From contig CAVPCP010000014.1 of NCBI GenBank assembly GCA_963702415.1, positions 131,798 to 195,797 on the forward strand: a DNA stretch of 64,000 bases, in the 5' to 3' direction. The stretch is from an uncultured Bacteroidales bacterium (lineage in GTDB: Bacteria > Bacteroidota > Bacteroidia > Bacteroidales > VadinHA17). Below the pieces are notes generated by a model that saw only the letters and a program-made list of their open reading frames with translations, was not told the origin of the DNA and searched no databases. Below are positions 58,653 to 64,000 of this stretch, in pieces; positions within the stretch are counted from its first letter, which is position 1, and the number at the start of each line of letters is the position of its first letter. A program made the translations under genes and the position numbers.

Positions 58653-59414
58653 TTAAAGATGATTTTTAGCCCAGCAGATCTTTAATCTGCAAAGCTCGGT
58701 TTTGTCCGATGTACGCATTATTGAATGATTGAACACATTGCCTGTATCTTTATCTTCCGAAACCCTGATAGAAATCTTATCATTATAATGAGATTCGGCA
58801 AGGTAATTTATTTCAGCCGATAACGGAACATTATGCATCATGAAATCCAGGTCGTAGCTGTCAGCTACCCATTTAAGATATCTGACATTATTGGTATGAA
58901 GATTAACATCAAGATCGCTGACCCTGACACCCGGGAGATCTTTAATCTGACTATCATCTGGCACCGGATCAAGTTTCATCGCGTTCCGCGGGAGCGCATT
59001 TTCACGGGGTAATTCAGAATTGTACATGCTGAGTGTATCGTCAGGCCTCTGGATACGCCTGGTATCACGGTCAATGATAAGCCATGATGAAGTAGCATTG
59101 GCAACTGATCTTCCGTCGGGGGAAAGGGCTTCATAATCCCTTAAAGCGAAGAGCCTGTCAGTACCTCTTGGCCATGTTTTGACAATAATCGAATCGCCCC
59201 ATTTCGGCCAGGATGATATCTCTGCATAAATTCTTGACAGGACCCAGAAATGATTCTGCTTTAAAAGGTCATCTCTTCCGTAACCAAGTTTCACAGCATG
59301 ATCGGAAGCGATATCCTGGAAATAATCAAAAAGAGAATACAGGGTTAATTTCCCGTCAGGTCCTGTCTCATAAACGTGAACCGCGTAATTTTTTTGATAT
59401 TTCAGCAATTCCAT
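58653..59414 (-). CDS. Acyl-[acyl-carrier-protein] thioesterase
   Basis: Double hot-dog Acyl-ACP_TE pattern: YAVHVYETGPDGKL..LFDYFQDIASDHA..GYG...L....FWVLSR. Confidence 0.8.
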   Translation of the reverse strand: MELLKYQKNYAVHVYETGPDGKLTLYSLFDYFQDIASDHAVKLGYGRDDLLKQNHFWVLSRIYAEISSWPKWGDSIIVKTWPRGTDRLFALRDYEALSPDGRSVANATSSWLIIDRDTRRIQRPDDTLSMYNSELPRENALPRNAMKLDPVPDDSQIKDLPGVRVSDLDVNLHTNNVRYLKWVADSYDLDFMMHNVPLSAEINYLAESHYNDKISIRVSEDKDTGNVFNHSIMRTSDKTELCRLKICWAKNHL

Positions 59415-59416
59415 TG

Positions 59417-61360
59417 TCAGTCACTGTTTTTCAGAAATTCATCAACCTCGTGCGAATAGAGTGTCCAGTTATTCATTTCTTCATTCAGCCGGTTCTTCAG
59501 ATCCTCATAACTCCTGTAAATATCAACACTTTCATCAGAACCGAAAGTGGTCATCAGGTCTTTATGCAGGTCCGATAATTCAATCTCCATTCTTTCTATT
59601 TCCAGTTCAGAATCTTCAAGCCTTTTTCTTAGTTTCCGGAGCTTCCTTTCAAACTCCTTTTTCTCAAGGTATTTCTGTTTATTAGAACCATTTTCTGCCT
59701 TTCTAGCCTCTGTTGCTGCTTTATCCTTTCTCTCAATATCTTTCAGGTTAGAGATCTTCTTCTTTCTCAGGAAATCATAGATTCCTCCGATATTTTCTTT
59801 TATTCTGTTATTCCTGAACTCGAAGACTTTTGTTATGAGCCCGTCGAGGAAATCCCTGTCGTGCGAAACCACAATTAACGTGCCATCATACTTTTTCAAT
59901 GCCTGCTTCAGAATGTCTTTCGACCGCATATCGAGGTGATTGGTCGGCTCATCCAGGACAAGGAGGTTAAAAGGTTCGAGCAGAAGCCTGACCAGTGCAA
60001 GCCTCGATTTCTCACCTCCCGACAGCACTTTGACTTTTTTATCGACATCGTCACCTTTGAAAAGAAATGCACCAAGCATATCGCGAATCTTTGTTCTTAC
60101 ATCACCTTTGGCAACATAATCTATGGTCTGGAGAACTGTCAGATTTTCATCAAGCAGATCATCCTGGTTCTGGGCAAAATATCCGGTTTTAACGTTATGT
60201 CCTATCTTCAGAAGGCCTTCATGATCGAGCTCTCCGATAATGATCCTGGAGAGAGTTGTTTTTCCTTCACCGTTACGGCCAACAAAAGCAACCTTTTCTC
60301 CCCTGGAGATTGTAATTGCAATCCTGTTAAGAACATTCAGTGAACCATAGCTCTTGGATAGATTTTCGGCTTCAACCACTACAGTACCTGAACGCGGAGC
60401 AGGCGGAAACCTGAGGGTTATAGCGCTGGAATCTTCTTCATCAACCTCTAATCTTTCGATCTTGCCGAGTTGTTTTATTTTCGATTGTACCTGAACTGCC
60501 TTAGTTGCCTTATACCTGAACCGTTCAATAAATTTTTCGGTATCCTCAATCATTTTATACTGGTTTCTGTACGAAGCAATCTGCTGGATCCTTCGTTCTT
60601 CCCTGAGAGCTACATATTTAGTCCATGAAACCTTGTAATCGTAGATCCTGCCAAGTGAAATTTCAATTGTCCTGTTCGTTACATTGTCAAGAAAAGCACG
60701 GTCATGTGAAACCAGCATTACCGCACCATGGTATCCTGAGAGAAAAGTTTCAAGCCATTGGATCGATTCTATGTCAAGATGGTTGGTAGGCTCATCAAGA
60801 AGAAATAGTGAGGGCTTCTGAAGGATCAGCTTAGCCAGCTCTATTCTCATTCGCCAGCCTCCGCTTAATTCCCGGGTTGGCCGGTCAAAGTCCTTTCTCT
60901 CAAAGCCAAGTCCGGTAAGAGTCTGTTCAGCTTCACCCATATAGCTGGAGCCTCCAAGAATCCGGTAGTTCTCCTCAGTTTCAGTAAGCCGGTCGCACAA
61001 TTTCAGGTAATCTTCCGAATGATAATCATCCCTTTGTGCTATCTCCCGGCTGTATCTTTCAACTTCTTCCGAAAGCCTTAATAAACCTGCGAATGCTGTA
61101 AGAGTCTCATTCATTACAGTTGTTGAATCATTCACTGTCATCTGCTGAGGGAGATAACCGATGGTTACTTCCTTCGACATGTCAATAATACCTTTCGTAG
61201 GACTCTGGAGACCTGAAATTACTTTTAGCAGGGTGGATTTTCCGGCGCCGTTTTTCCCTGTGAGGCCAATACGATCCTGTTCGTTTATAAGAAACGAAAT
61301 ACTATTCAGCAGATCAAAACTGCCAAACGAAACCGAAATATCCTGTACCGAGACCATCAA
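59417..61360 (-). CDS. ABC-F family ATPase (two ABC cassettes + C-terminal coiled coil)
   Basis: GKNGAGKSTLLK / GRNGEGKTTL Walker A motifs. LSGGWRMR / LSGGEKSR signatures. K/E-rich C-terminal arm. Confidence 0.92.
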   Translation of the reverse strand: MMVSVQDISVSFGSFDLLNSISFLINEQDRIGLTGKNGAGKSTLLKVISGLQSPTKGIIDMSKEVTIGYLPQQMTVNDSTTVMNETLTAFAGLLRLSEEVERYSREIAQRDDYHSEDYLKLCDRLTETEENYRILGGSSYMGEAEQTLTGLGFERKDFDRPTRELSGGWRMRIELAKLILQKPSLFLLDEPTNHLDIESIQWLETFLSGYHGAVMLVSHDRAFLDNVTNRTIEISLGRIYDYKVSWTKYVALREERRIQQIASYRNQYKMIEDTEKFIERFRYKATKAVQVQSKIKQLGKIERLEVDEEDSSAITLRFPPAPRSGTVVVEAENLSKSYGSLNVLNRIAITISRGEKVAFVGRNGEGKTTLSRIIIGELDHEGLLKIGHNVKTGYFAQNQDDLLDENLTVLQTIDYVAKGDVRTKIRDMLGAFLFKGDDVDKKVKVLSGGEKSRLALVRLLLEPFNLLVLDEPTNHLDMRSKDILKQALKKYDGTLIVVSHDRDFLDGLITKVFEFRNNRIKENIGGIYDFLRKKKISNLKDIERKDKAATEARKAENGSNKQKYLEKKEFERKLRKLRKRLEDSELEIERMEIELSDLHKDLMTTFGSDESVDIYRSYEDLKNRLNEEMNNWTLYSHEVDEFLKNSD

Positions 61361-61484
61361 AAAATATAAAGCGCAAATATAGGAAAAGTACGGCAGCCTA
61401 TGAATAAGAGATTATCCTGAGAAAAGTTATCTTTGTTCCGTCACTTTTAAAAGTGCTTCAGATAAACGCTAATTTAGTCATTAG

Positions 61485-62700
61485 ATGAGATTATTCAGAA
61501 GGGTTTGTATAGTTCTGCTGGTTGTTTCTGCTGTTACTTCATGTAAGAAAGAAGAGGGGCCGGATTATAAGAATTTCGTATCAAAAGATTTTGTTGTAAC
61601 CTATCAGACCAGCTATATAAATAATCTTCTGGATTTTGCATCCGGAATATATCCTGAACTGATTGATCTGAAACCGTATATATCAAAGACTGTCGACGTT
61701 TACAAAGTGATTTATAAAACTGAAACAGAAGGAAATGAAAATAAATGCATCAGGTTTGCTCTGTGTTCCGTCAGAGACGGGTGAGTACCCTTTTTTCTCT
61801 TTCCAGAATGGCACCAACACATTGAATGTTCAGGCTCCCACTGAATATGTCTTCGAATCCGGTTTACCAGTTTATTGAAATTATTGCGTCAATGGGTTAT
61901 GTAGTTGTCATACCCTGACTATCCGGGATTCGGAGAATCATCAAATATCTCTCATCCATATCTCATAAAGGAACCGACCGTACGATCGGTGGTTGATATG
62001 CTTTATGCTGTAAAAGAGATGGTTCCTGAAGAGCTTTCGGATCTGATCATCAAAGATGAGCTTTACATAATGGGTTATTCACAGGGCGGGTGGGCAACCC
62101 TTGCATTGCATAAAGCTCTGGAGCAGGATTATTCCGTCGATTTTAATCTTAAAGGAAGTGTCTGCGGGGCAGGGCCATATAATCTGAATCTTATTTTTGA
62201 ACGGATATCCGTGAATTGATACCTATCCCATGCCTGTTTATCCGGGATACATAATAAACGCTTTTTCAGTCTATGACCAGTTCACAAACCCGGTATCAGA
62301 TATTCTGAATGAACCTTATGCTACACGCCTGCCTGATCTTTATAATGGCACATTATCCTTTGACCAGATTAACAGCCAGCTGACGACCTCTATACCTGAT
62401 CTTTTTACATCGGGTTTTCTCTCAGGTTTCACTACCGATGAAAAATATGCAACTGTCCGCTCTTCGCTTACCAATAACAGCATAACAGCCTGGAATACAA
62501 CTATTCCATTGTTCCTGATACATGGAGGAGGTGATACTACTGTTGATCCGTTATCGACTGAAAACATTTATAATGCAATGATACAATCCGGTACCTCGAC
62601 ACAGATATGTAAAAAGGAGATTCTTCCGGGTCTGGATCATGGTGATGCCGTTGTCCCGGCAATGATTAAAGGAATTCAGTTCATAATAGGTCTTCAGTAA
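61485..62700 (+). pseudogene. Secreted alpha/beta-hydrolase (lipase/esterase-like), about 4 frameshifts
   Basis: ORFs 61485..61784 (lipobox TSC), 61905..62219 (nucleophile elbow GYSQGG) and 62230..62700 (..HGGGDTTV.., ..LDHGD..). The intervening segments INASGLLCVPSETGEYPFFSFQNGTNTL and PVYQFIEIIASMGYVVVIP are readable in other frames. Confidence 0.7.
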
Positions 62701-62756
62701 GCAAATTGAATAATAACTTCAGATTTGATAACAGCATCAGTTAATAATCATTCAAA

Positions 62757-64000
62757 GTGGGACGAAAAAAGGAATTGCCTCTGCTGGAGAAAGTAAGGAT
62801 CACGGATATTGGTGCTGAAGGAAATGCAATTGCACGGGTCGACAATCAGGTTATTTTTGTGCCAATGCTTATCCCTGGTGATGTTGTTGATATTAAGGTC
62901 AGGAAAAAGCGCAAGAAATACATCGAAGGATCAGTTGTAAGGTTCCATGAATACTCGCCCGACAGGATAAAACCACGTTGCAGTCATTTCGGGACATGCG
63001 GAGGCTGCAAATGGCAGCATCTGCCATATGATCTTCAGCTCTTTTATAAGGAAAAGCAGGTAAGGGATAACCTGATAAGGATCGGTAAAGTCGATATTCC
63101 GGAGATTAATCCGATTATAGGCTCAGAAGATGTCTTTATGTACCGGAACAAGCTTGAATACACATTCTCAGACAGACGCTGGCTAACCATCGAAGAGATC
63201 AGATCCGACAATAGTTTTATAAGGGAGGATGCACTCGGATTCCATATCCCGGGTCTTTTTGATAAAGTCCTCGACATTAAGGAGTGCCATCTTCAGCCTG
63301 ACCCCTCAAACGCTATCCGTGATGCTGTCAGAAGATATGCACATAAAAAATATCTGTCATTTTTCAACCTGAGGGAGCAAAGCGGCTTTTTGCGGAACCT
63401 CATCATCAGGAACACAAGCGACGGTAAGGTTATGGTTATTGTAGTGTTCTTTCTTGATGAGAAGGAGAGGATTGACGGACTGATGAATTATCTCGCATCT
63501 GAATTTCCTCAGATAACCTCCTTACTGTACATTATCAACACCAAGCAGAATGATTCACTTGCAGATCAGGTTCCTGTTCTTTTCAAAGGCGAAGATCATC
63601 TCCTTGAAACGATGGAGGGCCTTAAATTCAGAGTAGGTCCGAAATCATTTTATCAGACAAATACAAAACAGGCTCTCAGACTTTACAGGGTAGCAAAAGA
63701 ATTTGCAGGGCTGAAGGGAAGCGAGATTGTATATGACCTTTACACAGGGACCGGAACAATTGCAAATTATATTGCTGATTCTGCCGGAAGGGTTATAGGC
63801 ATTGAATATATTGAAGATGCTGTCAAAGATGCAGTTATAAATTCAGAGCTGAACAATATAAAAAATACACGTTTTTTAGCCGGGGATATCAAATCAGTGC
63901 TGAATGAGCAGTTTATTTCAGAGAATGGCCACCCTGATGTTATCATTACGGACCCGCCAAGGGCCGGAATGCACGAAGATGTAATAAAACAGATTATCGC
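62757..64000 (+). CDS. rlmD: 23S rRNA (uracil1939-C5)-methyltransferase, 5' part (runs off the window)
   Basis: Not in the ORF track because no stop lies within the window. GTG start. TRAM domain (ITDIGAEGNAIARVDNQVIFVPMLIPGDVVDIKV), Fe-S Cys cluster CSHFGTCGGCKWQH, SAM motifs DLYTGTGTIANY and ITDPPRAG. Confidence 0.85.
   Translation, partial: MGRKKELPLLEKVRITDIGAEGNAIARVDNQVIFVPMLIPGDVVDIKVRKKRKKYIEGSVVRFHEYSPDRIKPRCSHFGTCGGCKWQHLPYDLQLFYKEKQVRDNLIRIGKVDIPEINPIIGSEDVFMYRNKLEYTFSDRRWLTIEEIRSDNSFIREDALGFHIPGLFDKVLDIKECHLQPDPSNAIRDAVRRYAHKKYLSFFNLREQSGFLRNLIIRNTSDGKVMVIVVFFLDEKERIDGLMNYLASEFPQITSLLYIINTKQNDSLADQVPVLFKGEDHLLETMEGLKFRVGPKSFYQTNTKQALRLYRVAKEFAGLKGSEIVYDLYTGTGTIANYIADSAGRVIGIEYIEDAVKDAVINSELNNIKNTRFLAGDIKSVLNEQFISENGHPDVIITDPPRAGMHEDVIKQII

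Noticed and set aside
61442-61455. A 14-bp perfect palindrome CACTTTTAAAAGTG between the ABC-F gene and the hydrolase gene.
   Set aside because: It is short, AT-rich and has a single occurrence, with no partner motif or recognisable regulator nearby. It cannot be distinguished from chance.
1-64000. A search for mobile elements, prophage, toxin-antitoxin, restriction-modification, retron/DGR reverse transcriptases or other defence modules.
   Set aside because: No integrase, transposase, RT, nuclease-helicase, methyltransferase-endonuclease pair or small paired ORFs of that kind were seen. Every ORF above about 100 aa outside shadow frames is accounted for by housekeeping or envelope functions.

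Overview
This 64-kb window is densely coded chromosomal DNA of about 41% GC, almost certainly from a member of the Bacteroidota. The evidence is a GldB-like lipoprotein next to nadE, DUF1573, GWxTD and DUF5686 proteins, a MurF-Alr fusion, and TAnnTTTG-type -7 boxes. Nearly all genes are housekeeping: tgt, lptF/G-like, an acyl-CoA carboxyltransferase with a BCCP, ispE, dnaB, rsmI, tdk, murF-alr, nadE, meaB, znuABC, lpd, uvrA, smpB, miaA, recA, bcp, clpS, rlmB, an ABC-F protein and rlmD. I found no rRNA, tRNA, CRISPR array, transposase, integrase, phage genes or recognisable defence island, and no convincing new multi-gene system.

Five things are not explained by ordinary annotation:
1. A family of GC-rich nested-palindrome (REP/MITE-like) elements sits only between convergent genes. 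Two perfect palindromes sharing a GTTGCATGCAAC core belong with them.
2. About 18 frameshifts hit 9 genes, including the essential dnaB and ispE. They are strongly clustered at 50.1-52.6 kb and 61.5-62.7 kb. This looks like assembly or consensus error, with real decay or phase variation as the alternative.
3. A tandem pair of M14 carboxypeptidase paralogues has one copy that has lost all Zn ligands and the catalytic Glu. The pair is divergently adjacent to znuABC, with TGTTAT (Zur/Fur-like) sites in the shared intergenic region.
4. Three TTAAC(C/A)C direct repeats with exact 11-bp phasing lie in the divergent promoter between an OmpR-type two-component system and a secreted coiled-coil protein.
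5. An ECF sigma factor is translationally coupled to a protein with a TM segment and an outer-membrane beta-barrel.

All family assignments come from motifs read by eye, and no searches were run.
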